Positions 45,372-58,117 of a stretch of 64,000 bases of DNA are shown here, in pieces; position 1 is the stretch's first letter; every line of letters begins with the position of its first letter. The notes below the pieces were generated by a model that saw nothing but the letters and a program-made list of their open reading frames with translations, ran no database searches and was not told the origin of the DNA. The translations under genes were made by a program, and so were the position numbers. Origin of the DNA: Acytostelium subglobosum. Taxonomy: Eukaryota. The stretch covers positions 679,665-743,664 of the forward strand of contig NW_012236524.1 in assembly GCF_000787575.1 (NCBI RefSeq), read 5' to 3'.

Positions 45372-47315
45372 ATGAGTGATAGATTTCATCATCTTCAGAG
45401 GCCGCTACAACAACAGCAGCAGCAACACTCGATCGAGGACTTGTCATTTGAAGACTTGATATTTGGTGAACCTGATAATGAACAGCAAGATGCCTCACAA
45501 CATCATCAACATCAACACCAACAACAACATCTGTTATTGCGTCGACCATCACCTGATTCACAACATCTTCAACAACATCTACTACAACATCAACAACAAC
45601 AACAACATGGCTTCTCATCACCATCATCACAATATATGGCATCACCAATGATGCCAATGCCAATGCCCATGCCCATGCCAATGCCAATGCCAGTGCCAAT
45701 GACATCGACGTCGACAACAACATCATCGGCTGCAACTAATATTGTTGGCGTGGGCTTTCCCAAACTCTCCAACAAGGAGAAGCGACACGCAAAGTTGGAC
45801 AGGTCCGATCGCCACGCCGTGCTGATCAGCTCCAAGGGCGACAGGATCAACTTGGCCGTTCTGTTGAAGCAGCTCGAGGAGTGTGGATCGGTGCGAGCAC
45901 ATCACTTTAGAGACCGACAGAACTTTGGCTTTGTCCAATTCCTCGACTCTGACTCTGTGGACAACGCCATCGAGCGATTGAGCGGACGCGAGATCGATGG
46001 CCAGACATTGCTCGTCGAGAAGATCAAGCGAATCACACCGGGCAAGGACCCGCGCATTGCAACTGTGGGCTCGCCACAGTGCTCCTCGTTGCCCACCCAG
46101 CTGCCGTCAATGATGGAGAACAAGCCCGACACGACGTTGGTGCTCAAGAACTTGCCGTTCCTACTCAAACAGGTGCAGCTACAAGAGATACTCGAGAAGA
46201 TCAATCCGTCTGCGCCACAATCAGTCAACTTCCACTATGACAGCGTGGGAGTGTTCCGTGGCATGGCCTTTGTAAAGTATCGCCTGCTCGAGGACGCCAT
46301 CAAAGTGTACGAGGCACTCAATGGCGCCGATGTGTTTGGTCGTCGCGTGCGTCTAGAGTACAAGCGCAAGGTTAGCAAGTCAAGCGAGATCCCGCCAGAG
46401 GTGCTCGAGGATGAGAAGTTGCGCAAGGTGTGGGACCAGCTGCGCGAGTTCAGAGATGACGTCGCCGCTACCGAGATCACCTTTGCCGCATTCACTGGCG
46501 TCCAACGAATGTACATACACAACATGGCCGAGAAGCTGAAGCTAACGCATACGTCTGTGGGCGAGGAGCCCAATCGCTCAATCGTCATCAATAAGAAGCC
46601 GCTGGCCGTTGGCACACCGACAGGCGGCGACGACGCCCTCTCGGCGCACTTCCTTTCGTCGTCACCTACGCCCATTGGTGGCATGCACTTTGCGATGCCC
46701 TCGTCGACCACGCCAACCAACTCTTACTCCTCGCTGTCGTCCACGCCAACCTCATCAATGTTTATCAACAGCAACAGTGGCACTGGCACAAAGCCAGTCG
46801 AGGTATCTTCGAGTCTTGGCAACTTTATCCTCTCCAACACATTGGTGGCGGCTCCATCGCCAAACGCTGGCGCCTCAACAAAGTCGTCCACGCCGTCGCT
46901 GGGCATCATCAACGATCCCAGGACAACGATGGGCACGTCATGGGAGAAGTCACCGCCAAACACCGGCCTGCTCTCATCATATCCTCACCTCACTACACGT
47001 GGATTTGGTATCAATCGCGATAGATCATCCGAAATAGACATGTCAACATCACCAAGTAACTTCAACTTCCGAAAGGAACCAATCAGTCATCCTCACAGTA
47101 TCAATATCAACATCAACAACAATAACAGTAGCAACAACAACAACAACAACAACAACAACTATTATAACACAGGTGGTGGTACACCTGGTGGATATAGCAT
47201 CTTCCAAGCAAGTGCCAGCTTACCATCATCAATAGCCAATGGAGGTGGAGCAATGCATCACTTTAATCATTTCCCAACAATTCAAACAACAACAGCCACA
47301 ACAACAAATGTATAA
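45372..47315 (+). CDS. RNA-binding protein with two RRM domains and an R3H domain; polyQ/polyH N-terminus, (PM)n tract, Ser/Thr/Asn-rich C-terminus (647 aa)
   Basis: RRM1 is AVLISSKGDRINLAVLLKQLEECGSVRAHHFRDRQNFGFVQFLDSDSVDNAI. RRM2 is TLVLKNLPFLLKQVQLQEILEKI...RGMAFVKYRLLEDAIKVYEALNG. The R3H-like region is FAAFTGVQRMYIHNMAEKLKLTHTSVGEEPNRSIVINKK. Confidence 0.65.
   Translation: MSDRFHHLQRPLQQQQQQHSIEDLSFEDLIFGEPDNEQQDASQHHQHQHQQQHLLLRRPSPDSQHLQQHLLQHQQQQQHGFSSPSSQYMASPMMPMPMPMPMPMPMPVPMTSTSTTTSSAATNIVGVGFPKLSNKEKRHAKLDRSDRHAVLISSKGDRINLAVLLKQLEECGSVRAHHFRDRQNFGFVQFLDSDSVDNAIERLSGREIDGQTLLVEKIKRITPGKDPRIATVGSPQCSSLPTQLPSMMENKPDTTLVLKNLPFLLKQVQLQEILEKINPSAPQSVNFHYDSVGVFRGMAFVKYRLLEDAIKVYEALNGADVFGRRVRLEYKRKVSKSSEIPPEVLEDEKLRKVWDQLREFRDDVAATEITFAAFTGVQRMYIHNMAEKLKLTHTSVGEEPNRSIVINKKPLAVGTPTGGDDALSAHFLSSSPTPIGGMHFAMPSSTTPTNSYSSLSSTPTSSMFINSNSGTGTKPVEVSSSLGNFILSNTLVAAPSPNAGASTKSSTPSLGIINDPRTTMGTSWEKSPPNTGLLSSYPHLTTRGFGINRDRSSEIDMSTSPSNFNFRKEPISHPHSINININNNNSSNNNNNNNNNYYNTGGGTPGGYSIFQASASLPSSIANGGGAMHHFNHFPTIQTTTATTTNV
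45653..45702. repeat. (CCAATG/CCCATG)n hexanucleotide repeat encoding (PM)n
   Basis: atgccaatgccaatgcccatgcccatgccaatgccaatgccagtgccaatg is read directly. Confidence 0.8.
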
Positions 47316-47334
47316 TGCACAGCCACAACCAGCC

Positions 47335-47372
<38 letters not shown>

Positions 47373-47385
47373 TTAGTATTAGCAA
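47103..47385. repeat. Interrupted (CAA)n/(AAC)n trinucleotide tracts at the 3' end of the RRM/R3H gene and in the following ORF
   Basis: Read directly at about 47130..47160 and 47330..47372 (encoding polyN/polyQ). Confidence 0.7.
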
Positions 47386-48846
47386 TAGTATATCGATCAA
47401 TGGATTTGGCAACAACAACAACAACAGTAACAGTAATAGTAATGGCGGTGGTGGTAGCAATAGTAATAGCCTTGTTTCATCACCAGTATATCGCCAGCCA
47501 AAGGGTCCAGATGGGACAAAGGGCTTCACCGATAACTATAGGACAGCTCGCAAGCCAAGCCCTGCATCCCCCAATGCACCCGGCGCCAACTAACGAATCA
47601 ATCAATCAATCAATCTATGAATGAATGAATGGACACACAGACGAAAGACCACATGACCACGACGACGACTACTACAACATCTTCAACATCTTCGATGGAC
47701 AATAATATTATTATGTACGATTATATAACCTTTTTCCAAATACTTGTTCTCAGCTGGCTGTCTGGCTGCTACATCAAACACGTTCGAGCAGCAAGCAACA
47801 AGCATTGCTATGATTTCAAAAGGAATACAATGAATAAACCATTCAGTTGTGTCCTCTCCCTCCAACCAACCTACTCCTATATTGATCATCAATATAGCAT
47901 AAGCATCATTGTTCTATACCACCAGATGATTAAGGACCATTCTCCATTCCATTGGCAACATAGTCACGCCTCAATCATAACATAAGTGGGTCTTGAGAGT
48001 GCGAAACACACTCGCCACTGCAACACATCAATTAAATGATGTGATACAGATATTGTCATATGATAATTGGTCCCTGGCTGTGATCAATATATTTGGATAT
48101 GGAATGGCTTGCTACCTACCCCAATAATGGCTATGAGAAGTGACCCTCTCTATTTCTTTTTGTGTTGGATCATTAATCATCAAAGGCAACAACAGTGTGT
48201 GTGAAAGTGGTGACTCTGTTGCCAATGTGGTCAACATATGATCAAATGGGGTAAGATCAGTCCAACATGTTGTTAATACATACAATACCTGATAATGGGG
48301 TGTCAGATATAGTAGTAGTGAGGGCCAACCCATCTTGATTGCCAACTACGAGTCATTGCTGTTGATGGTGGTGGCAACGCGACCTAACCTCAATGAGAGG
48401 ACACTACCCATTCAACCATTCATAGACCCTCCCCAATAACCAAGTAAAGTAAATAAGATTAAGATTGAGATAGAGTCCTGACTCCCAATATATTGGTAGC
48501 GGGATCAATCGATTTATTGTTTGAGTTGGAGTATGTGGTTGTGTGTGTTATCAATAGGTCCATTGAGTGAGGTTCGCTGCTGGTGATTGCAATTGTAAAC
48601 AAAGTTTATAAATAATTATTATTGTGAGATTGAATGGAATGGTAGAGTCTATCAAGTCCTGGAAGGACGATACGATGTACGTGCCGCACTCCACACACTC
48701 CACATCTCCGATAACTCTATCTAACATTCTCACTTTAAAGGACATATATATATAAATGATCATATTCATTCAAATAATTTAGTATACAAATAATTAGTCA
48801 ACTTAATAATATTAATAATAATAATTATAATAATAATTTATTTATC

Positions 48847-49809
48847 ATGAAGATATTGTTAGAGGAGTTTGAATATTTGTTGGAATCATTTATTCAAAGT
48901 GAAGTGGAGGATAATAATAATCATGCTACATTATTCCGAACCAACAAGTCAATAGTTGTGGAGATGATCAAGATATATGTTGGTGCTGATCATGCATGTG
49001 ATATATATATTCGTAGTATACTATTACCTGTATATTCACATATTAATAAGTTGGAAGCAATGGGCAAACAGTTGGACATCAATCAAGAGATGGAAAGATT
49101 GTTGGAGAGGATTGTTAGCCTGATGTATATATGTCCGAGACGAATCCAACTCTGTTGTCACATGTTAAGACAATATGTTTCCAGGAGGTATACCGAACAT
49201 TGGAGGTCAATAGTTTGCGGATTCTTTTTCCTCAGGCTGCTCTGTCCTGCAATGGTTTCACCATCACTGATGGGTGTCAAACTCATACGCAACACAATCA
49301 ACAAAGACTTGGTATCCGTTGCCAAACAACTTCAAATGAGGTCCAACTCATCGAATGAAGCACCTGCCTCCGACCCAATCTCAATAATATTGGATCAATT
49401 ATCGACTGATACATCAATGATAATGATGATGAGTCCAGATCATCAATATAACGAGATGGATAATACTATTGATGTGACGCCAGACTTGTTCATGGAGATG
49501 TTGGCCGCAGCCCAGGGCATCATAGACAAGATCAAGCCAGCATTGATCAGTGGCATCCAATCACAAAGAGACAAGATATTAGAGATTGAAAGGATATTAC
49601 TACCATTGCATACAGAGTATATAAACTCTACAAATGTAGAGTATGCAATGGAGACCAAGTTATCTACAACTTTGTCAAGATCACTATCAACACCAACATT
49701 CAACAAGTTGTCATTATCATCATCATCAATATCCTGTACATGTCCAGAGTCTGCTGGACAAACACCACTTCTTCTTAGAAGCAATACTAAAGCAAAGCTA
49801 TTCAAGTAG
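48847..49809 (+). CDS. Small RasGAP-domain protein (320 aa)
   Basis: The arginine-finger loop is HATLFRTNKS (FLRxN[ST]-type). It is followed about 100 aa later by RSIVCGFFFLRLLCPAMVSP (the FLRxxxPAIxSP motif of RasGAP domains). Confidence 0.55.
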   Translation: MKILLEEFEYLLESFIQSEVEDNNNHATLFRTNKSIVVEMIKIYVGADHACDIYIRSILLPVYSHINKLEAMGKQLDINQEMERLLERIVSLMYICPRRIQLCCHMLRQYVSRRYTEHWRSIVCGFFFLRLLCPAMVSPSLMGVKLIRNTINKDLVSVAKQLQMRSNSSNEAPASDPISIILDQLSTDTSMIMMMSPDHQYNEMDNTIDVTPDLFMEMLAAAQGIIDKIKPALISGIQSQRDKILEIERILLPLHTEYINSTNVEYAMETKLSTTLSRSLSTPTFNKLSLSSSSISCTCPESAGQTPLLLRSNTKAKLFK

Positions 49810-50112
49810 CATTCCTTCTTAACCTATACTTATACTTCGTACTTGTAGTATTACATGTTATTATCTGTTCGACTTATACTTGATTTATGGGGATTGTTAC
49901 TTTTACCAAAACATAGATTCCCCACTCTCCACCATGAAATCTGCGATCCTCAAGCCAAAACCCTGGTGAACGAGGGTGCAACCAATCAACATCAGGTTTC
50001 AAGATTGTTCATTCAATCATTCTTATATTATCTTATTATTATTATTATTACATACATATACATAGTACATATACATAACACAAGTGATGAGTGATCGTGT
50101 GAATAAATTAGA

Positions 50113-53100
50113 ATGACATCAACAACATCAACAACATCAACATCAACATCAACAAATAATAATAACAATAACTATGGACGTGGCAATGTTGAACTTAAGG
50201 ATAGTGTTGGACTTGGACATCCTAGAATGTTAGCAAACTCTGCGAATAGAATAGAGGAACAATATGTACTCAGCTTACTTGCCAAGGCCAAAGATCCACG
50301 TCATCCCAAACTAGGAGAGATCATCTCAGTGTTTGATAAGGTTGGTACTTGAAACGAACACGACAGCCTGTCACTCACTCACTAACACGATCAATCAATC
50401 AATCAATCAATCTAGCTTGTAGAGTTGGCCAAGGTCGATATAATGTCGTTGACAAAGCAGAACTTTGATTACTTTCACATGTTCATGAACGTCTTGCTAG
50501 AGCTGCCGGCGTTCTCATTGAGCGACAATAGAGATCTTCATATGATGTTACTAAAGAAGTTGAACGGTCTGATATTCTCAAACATTCTGGTGCAGACCTA
50601 TTGTTGTAGCGATCGCTGGATCATCAAACTGCTCAATCTACTCATTGGATGCACGCGTGACTCTGATGTCATTGGCGAGATATCCATCACATTGCAAATA
50701 CTCTGTTGTTTCAACATCACTCCCAAAGAGCTCAAGTACCTCTTCCGTCTAATGGAGAGTGTCGGTGATGAACGTGTAAGTACGAGCACGCACGAGATAG
50801 TGCAAGGTGATCACATGACCTAACCCCTGCCAACCAATCAATCACAACAGCCATTCTATTGGAGTGTACTGGTCGAGGTACTTGAGTACATACTGCGACC
50901 GCGACAGGGTCCAGATTCATACTTCAACTTCAATCAGAGTAATGGCGGACTGATGATTCCAGAGAAGGTTCCATTCGATGGAGGATATACATTCAGTTTG
51001 TGGATCAATGTGGAGGATTTTGTCGATCTGCGCTACGCTCCCATCTTGTACAGCTTCTTCACAGATATTGAGACGGGCTTTGAATGCAGCTTCCAAGGCC
51101 ACTCACTACGCTACTCTGTCAAGACCAAGAACAAGAGCGCAGTGCAAAAGTCGCAGTTTGTCTTCCACCCCAAGCGATGGTACTACATCACGATCGCACA
51201 CGAGTACTTCCTGTTCAAGAAGAGTCAGCTGTCGTTCTTTGTCAATGGCAAGCTGGAGGAGAAGATCCCCCTGCTCTACCCGCGCAACGACACGACCTAC
51301 ACGCGCTGCCATGTCGGCAACTCATCGACTCTGAACGCTGGCTTCATCGGACGCATGGGCTCAATACTGATGGTGAACGAAGCAATGACGCCCGTCGAAG
51401 TGCAGGCGCTCTACAACCTGGGCAAAGACTACACCCTGGTCATCGAGAAGCTGCCACGCGAGGGCACCATTGGCATATTCAACAACGAGATGCACCTCGA
51501 GTCGCGCAAGATCAAGGTGTTGTTCATGTACTATCCAAAGGCTACCGACAAGGCCCTGTGCTTCGATATTTCCAGCGGCGAGCTGCCGCATGCCGCTACG
51601 ATGGAGGGCGTCAACATCATCAAGACTACTTCGCCCATCGACCAGCTATTATACGTGGGCGGACTGCCTATGATATACCCACTGTTCTCACAGCTAGGAC
51701 ATCCGATTAACGGCATCGACACTATGCCAGCCGACATCAACGAGCAGACCACAATCACATCCACATTCATACAGTACATCACCATCCCAAACAACTCGAC
51801 ACATAGCCCCATCGCGATATTCCCGCGACCCACCAACTTTGGCCACCCATCGATCGTGTTCCGCCTGCTCAACACAATCATCGAGAACAATGCAGTGTTC
51901 CTCGAGCAGATCGTCGAGACACAGGGCTTCCAGACCATCTCTTTCCTGCTGCAGTCGCTGCCGTCCAGCGCGCCATTCTGGACGCCTGACGACATTGAGA
52001 CGCTGAGTCGCCTGCTATCATACTGCGCGTCCAACCCCTCACTCTACACGCTGTCAATCGAGCATCTCATTTTCCGACTGTTCCAGCTCTGGTCCAACAC
52101 GCACACACTCACACAGATGGCCCTGTTTGAAGCGATCAGACTGCGAGTCCAAAACAGCGCAGCATTTTGGCGTGGCAACATCAGAGTGGAGCGATGGTTG
52201 GAGATCATGAAGCGTTTCTACACGCTTGAGATGGTACTCCCAAGCGAGCAGACACCAACATTTATCGCCACAACAGAGAGGATCAAGCGATCGCGATCGC
52301 AGATCATTGTAATATTGCGCGAGAGTTGTATGCCGGTGTTCTCCATGCAGGAGACGCGCTGGCTGGCGCTCTACCTCAAGGAGTCCACCGTGGAGAATCA
52401 GGACGACATCACAAAGATGCTGGAGGACATGCTGCCCGCGCAGCACCTCAACTTCACCGCCAAGGATCTGTTCTTTGGCGAGCTCATCAACGACCAGCCC
52501 AAGCCCATCCAGCAGTTTGGCCCCACACAGATCCCATTGCCCAAGCACCTGGCCTATTTATGGGACATTGACGTTACGGATGAGATGGCGCGACGCAGCG
52601 AACTGGTGCCTCTCGATGAGAAGCACGCATATTTATTGTATCGCCACTGGATCAAACTGCGACGCACGAGAGCTGGCAACCTGAGTGGTGCCAAGGTGAA
52701 GAAGTCATTGGAGTTTAGCACACAGACACTGTACAACATGCCACTGATATATCGTCTGAAGGAGTTGGGCATACCAAACACACACGCGGCTGCTGCCTCA
52801 TCCAGCGCGTCAATGGTCACATCGACAATGTCACCCACGACCATGTCCCCTACTACCATGTCGCCTGCAACAATGTCGCCGGCCATGTCTCCGTCGTCCT
52901 CTCCGCCACGACCAAACAGCCTGCTGAACAGGACTGTGTCATCATCAGTTCAAAGCCCAGGCGCCAGCAGTAGTGACCCCTTTGGACAGAACGCGACATC
53001 CCTGGTAGATTACGAGGACACGACCGTAGTACGTTGGAAACTGGACCGCTCCGAGGGTCCAGGTCGCATGAGACGCAAGCTCAAGCGCAACTACCTTGGC

Positions 53101-55938
53101 TCAGACTACAAGGGATTGTCCAAACAGAACAAGTTTGGAAGGAATAGACGTGCTATCGTGGACATCTATACATCGGACAGGGATCGCTACTACATCGATC
53201 ATGACTCTGGCGATGGCCTGGGCAGCATCATTGTTCGACTGCGTCTCGACCCACTACTAGACCCCAACACAACACTTGCTATCGAGCGACAATTGGGAGC
53301 CTCCAACTCATTGTTGGGACTGGACCAGCAACAATTGGACACATCTGTGTCAGGCAGTGGCAATACGAATGCGCTCCAATCACCTGGCATCACACGACAG
53401 GACTCGACCATTGACAAGTCATCACTGATGAGAACACCCACCAAGCTACAGCATCAACACTCAATACTCAACACCAGCTCACCGATCAAGAACAGTCTGT
53501 CGGAGACTTCGACGCGCGACCTTTTGTCCCAGTCTCAGCAACTGCAACAGCCAGAGAAGATTGTTGGCGTGTATCAATGTGGCATGGTCACGCCCATCGG
53601 CTTGATCAAGGGAGTGCTGTCACTCACAACCCTTCAGCTCTGCTTTGACAAGTCACCGCCTCAGATCGACGAGGTGACGGGCAAACTGACGCTGGAGCCA
53701 GACCACGGATGCGTGCGCATCAAGAACTACTACACATTCAAGGTGAAGGATCTGCTTGAGATACATCGTCGACGCTACCTACTGCGCTGGAACGCCATCG
53801 AGGTGTTCCTGCACCACAAGAGCTACATGTTCACGTTCGCCTCGGACAACGAGTCGGTGCAGGTGTTCAACAAGATCACCGGACTTCACCCGCCGCAGCT
53901 CAAGGTCAAGCACGCAGACTCGCCCTCCAAGCTGATCAAGCGACTCAACTACACCCAACGCTGGAAGAACCGTGAGATCAGCAACTTTGAGTACCTGATG
54001 CATCTCAACACGATCGCCGGTCGCACGTACAACGACACGTCACAGTATCCAATCTTCCCACAGGTGGTCGCGGACTACCACTCAGAGCACCTCGACCTCA
54101 CCAGCGACGCATCGTTCCGCGACCTCAAGAAGCCGATTGGCGCGCTCAACCAGCAGCGTCTGGACACACTCATCCAACGCTATCACTCGTTCAACGATGC
54201 AGAGATCCCTCCATTCCTGTACGGCAGCCACTACAGCAACTTTGGCATCATCGCCTACTACCACGTGCGTCTCGAGCCCTTCACCTCCTACCACCTGTCG
54301 CTGCAGAGCGGTGTGTGGGACCACCCGCAGCGCATGTTTGAGTCGGTGGACCGCATGTGGGACGGCGTGACCAGTCCCAACCTGGCCGACGTCAAGGAGC
54401 TCACGCCCGAGTTCTTCTACATGCCTGAATTCCTGACCAACAACGAGCACTTCCAGTTTGGCTTCCACAACAGCACGTCAGGCGACCTCATCCTGCCACC
54501 ATGGGCGCACGAGTCGCCCGAGCTCTTCATCCAGAAGAACCGCGAGGCGCTCGAGTCTGAATACGTCTCGATGCACCTCAACCACTGGATCGACCTCATC
54601 TTTGGTTACAAGCAGAAGGGTCAGGCGGCAGTCGAAGCCAACAACGTCTTCTTCCATCTGACCTACGAGGGCAACGCCGCACTCAACAAAGAAGACCCCG
54701 AAGAGCGACGATCAGTCGAGTCACAGATCAAAGAGTTTGGCCAGACACCACCACAACTCTTCACCAAGCCACATCCAAAGCGCAAGACTCTCAAAGAGCT
54801 CGACCGTCCACAAATCGACATACTCACCAAGTTTGCCAACCTCTTCCCCAACGCGCTACAATTGGGCGCGGCGCAGGCGCAAGCCAATGCAGCCAATGCC
54901 GACACAGACACAGATCAGCAACAACAATATCCATTCAAGATACTCAAGACCAACAGCTGTCTGCCACTCGTGCACATTGGCGCATGCTCAGACAGCGACA
55001 CAATCGTACTGGTGTACCGCGATGGTGTGCTGGCAGTCAATCAGTTCGTGCCGACACCCTCCAACAACCTACCATTCACATTCGACATTGACAAGACGCT
55101 GTCCACGTACAAGGAGAAGCAGATCGACACGCTGTTCATGTCAGACTCGGTCACATGCATCAGCAATTGTTTCGTGATGACGCCCGACGGCAAGATGCTG
55201 TTCTCCTGCGCCAACTGGGACAGCATCTTCAAGTGCTGCAACATCCAGAACGGCAAGATACATCGCATCTACCGCGACTTCCACCGCGGCATGGTCACAT
55301 GCATATCGATGGGCTCGAGCGGCCACACGCTGGCCACGGCCTCGACCGATACCACCATCCTTGTGTGGGACGACGTGTCCGCGCTGATCAAAGAGGCAAA
55401 GACCAAGCCCGCATACCGACTGTGCAGCCACGACGAGCCAGTGCACTGCATCGACATCAACGAGGAGTGGGACCTGATTGCCAGTGGCTCGCAGGACCGC
55501 AAGTGCATTCTGCACACACTACGCACTGGCAACTATGTCCGCACGATGCTACACAAGGGCGCCGTAGAGATTGTCAAGATATCGACCGTGGGCCAGACCA
55601 TCATTTCATACTGCTCCATGAACTACTTGTACGTCCACTCATTCAATGGCAAGCTTCTTAAGATGGAGCAGTGCGACGAGCGACTATACGACCTCAAGCT
55701 TACTGGCGAGTCGGTCAAGAAGGGTGGCGTGCTTGGCGTTGGAGACTCAGTGCAATTCCTGGTGACAGGAGGCACTCGTGGCGTCAAGGTTCGCAGTCTT
55801 CCCGACCTCACCATTGTAAACAGCTTTGACAGTCCGACCACTATCCGAACGGTTGCACTTGTGGCGCGTGAGAAGTACATGATGATAGGTCTGAACGATG
55901 GCAATCTAGTGATCATTCCATTCGAGACATCAGTCTAA
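50113..55938 (+). CDS. BEACH-domain protein (Lvs/Beige family) with an N-terminal ConA-like lectin domain, PH-like + BEACH domains and C-terminal WD40 repeats; exons 50113..50340, 50416..50775, 50851..55938 (about 1890 aa)
   Basis: BEACH core: REISNFEYLMHLNTIAGRTYNDTSQYPIFPQVVADY...LYGSHYSNFGIIAYYHVRLEPFTSYHL...WIDLIFGYKQKGQAAVEANNVFFHLTYEG. ConA-like: GGYTFSLWINVEDF. WD40: ISMGSSGHTLATASTDTTILVWD. Two GT..AG introns with phase 0 link the short N-terminal exons. Confidence 0.85.
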
Positions 55939-56408
55939 TGGACAACTTGCATGTTTGAACCTGGAATAAATGTCAACTATGACATGGACATGATTGGTAC
56001 CAAAAATAGATAGAGATACATGGGATGACGTTGTACGGACAAATAATGTCAACTTCAGATGTCTAATCATTGTTGTCCATGGACGACATTACGGGTGCAT
56101 TGTGTTTTTGTGAAGATAAATCCATTTTTGGATACTGATCACACCTTTGTGAAGGGGTTGATTGTGTTTTTTGGGTCATTCTTTTTTGATCATTTCTGTG
56201 CGAACAATCATACACACAGGTCCAATGCCTGTTCGATTAGTGGGCATGGAATCCACATACCTCAACTCAATCAGTTAGTTGTTTATCTTTGTTATTTGTA
56301 TCAATACTCTTTATTTATTTATTTGTGTGTGATCAATCAATCAATCAATCACTCAATCAATATCTTAAATCTAGTTTGTTAGATATATCAAACAATCAAT
56401 CAATCACA

Positions 56409-58117
56409 ATGGTAGAGGACACTCCTTATCAACATCAACACCATCACCATCACCATCACCAACATCATCAACATGGCGATCACCCTACAGTATTGGAGAG
56501 AGTCAACAGTTTTAGATACCAGGTGGAATCAAAGACCAGATACTTGTTCCTTTTGGACATGGGCAAGGCTGAGATCAACATCAATCATCACTATCACAGG
56601 AGTAAACTAGGTGTAATAGTCAGTACAATAGTACTAATAATCATAGCATTCTTTATTATAATCACTGTAGCACAGTTCTCAAAAGGTAACATTATCAACA
56701 TGTTCCATCAATCAATCACATGATAAATCACTCACTCATACAATCAATCAAAACAGGAACACCATCAATCATATATAATGCAAATATACCTTCACAGTAC
56801 AATCCACTTCTTACACCAGAGGTTGGTGTTGTATTATTACGCAGTGGAGCTATCACAAAGATTGATCCGGCTCACGTCAGTGTGGTGTTCCGATACATCA
56901 CCATCACTGATCAGGACACAAAGCCACGCGTGGTCGAATACCTCAACGTAACAAAGTGCACATTCTCCGATAATCAGCCATCGGAAGACGCTGCGTCCAA
57001 TGTGTTGACCGACTCGGCGTCATGCCCACTCGAGCAGGTGGTGATGTCGGGCTCCTACGCCATGAACACCTACCGATACCTGGACATTGGCGTCGTGCGC
57101 TGCACATGCGCACCCAACGACACATCATGCGGTTGCTCGTCCGACGCAGACTTTAAGAAGTACTACTACAACGACACTGCCATCAACATACTCATCTCTG
57201 AGCACATACCCTCGTACTCAGTGTTTGCGCGTCGATTCAATCTCTTCCCTCCCAACCCCAACTTTGCGCATCCACCAACCATTAAGAACTACACTCAATC
57301 CATCTATTGGTACAGCTCCCAATACGTCGTTCAAAAGGTCGACATCTCAATCAGACGCAAGAGTATATACAACGCGCCAAGATTCATCTTTGATTATGGT
57401 TTTGGAGAGTTCTACAGTGTCGGAGAGGTATGTCATTCATTCGATATTAATCAATCAACTCAATCACTCACTCGATCACTCATTCAATCAATCGATCAAT
57501 AGATTATTTCGAGACAGGTCGATGCTTCAGCTGCTGGAAATGTCTTATTCAAAGCTTTCGTTAGACTTGATCAATATGAGAATCAGGAATTTCGTCAGAG
57601 CCCTGGCTTCTTGCAATTGATTGGATCATGGGGTGCACTCTGGACATTCTTCAGCATCACAGCACTTCAATTGGTGAGGATGTATAACAAGAGGATGTAT
57701 CATTCATCTTTGGCCAACTCTGCACCATCATCTCCACGTGTTGCTGGTAGTCGACTGCCCCCACATCAGCATCACACGACAAACAATGATCATCATGAAA
57801 GTCACCAGCAACATGGTGACATCCAACTCAAATCAATGCGTAGTTCAAGGAATATATTACATGCCAGTAGCACCAGTTTGGAGAAGTTTGCTTGGGAGAC
57901 CAGCAGGACGCAACCGTCTGGCGGTCTGACCTCGAGCTATGACCTCAATGACAGCAACAATCACATTGTACACAGCGACAACTATCTAAACTCTACCGAC
58001 TTTGGCAGCAGCGAAAACATGGCGAACAACAACAACAACAATGGAAGCAGCAGCAATATGAACAACAATAATAATCTTAGTCAACAGTTTGAGAACACCA
58101 ATGTAGAGAGGGGATAA
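56409..58117 (+). CDS. P2X receptor-like ATP-gated channel subunit; exons 56409..56685, 56757..57427, 57503..58117 (about 520 aa)
   Basis: Topology: cytoplasmic His-rich N-terminus, TM1 LGVIVSTIVLIIIAFFIIITVAQF, a roughly 300-aa Cys-containing ectodomain, TM2 LIGSWGALWTFFSITALQLVRMY. The pre-TM2 segment NVLFKAFVRLD and YNAPRF align with P2X4 LIKAYGIRFD (ATP-binding Lys) and YNFRFAKYY. Intron phases 1 and 0 were verified. Confidence 0.65.

Noticed and set aside
47629-47985. A 118-aa ORF ([31 protein letters not shown]...) downstream of the RRM/R3H gene
   Set aside because: It is Thr-rich and low-complexity, then hydrophobic, with no homology and no splice support. It is more likely 3' UTR or spacer, and is retained only as a remote possibility.
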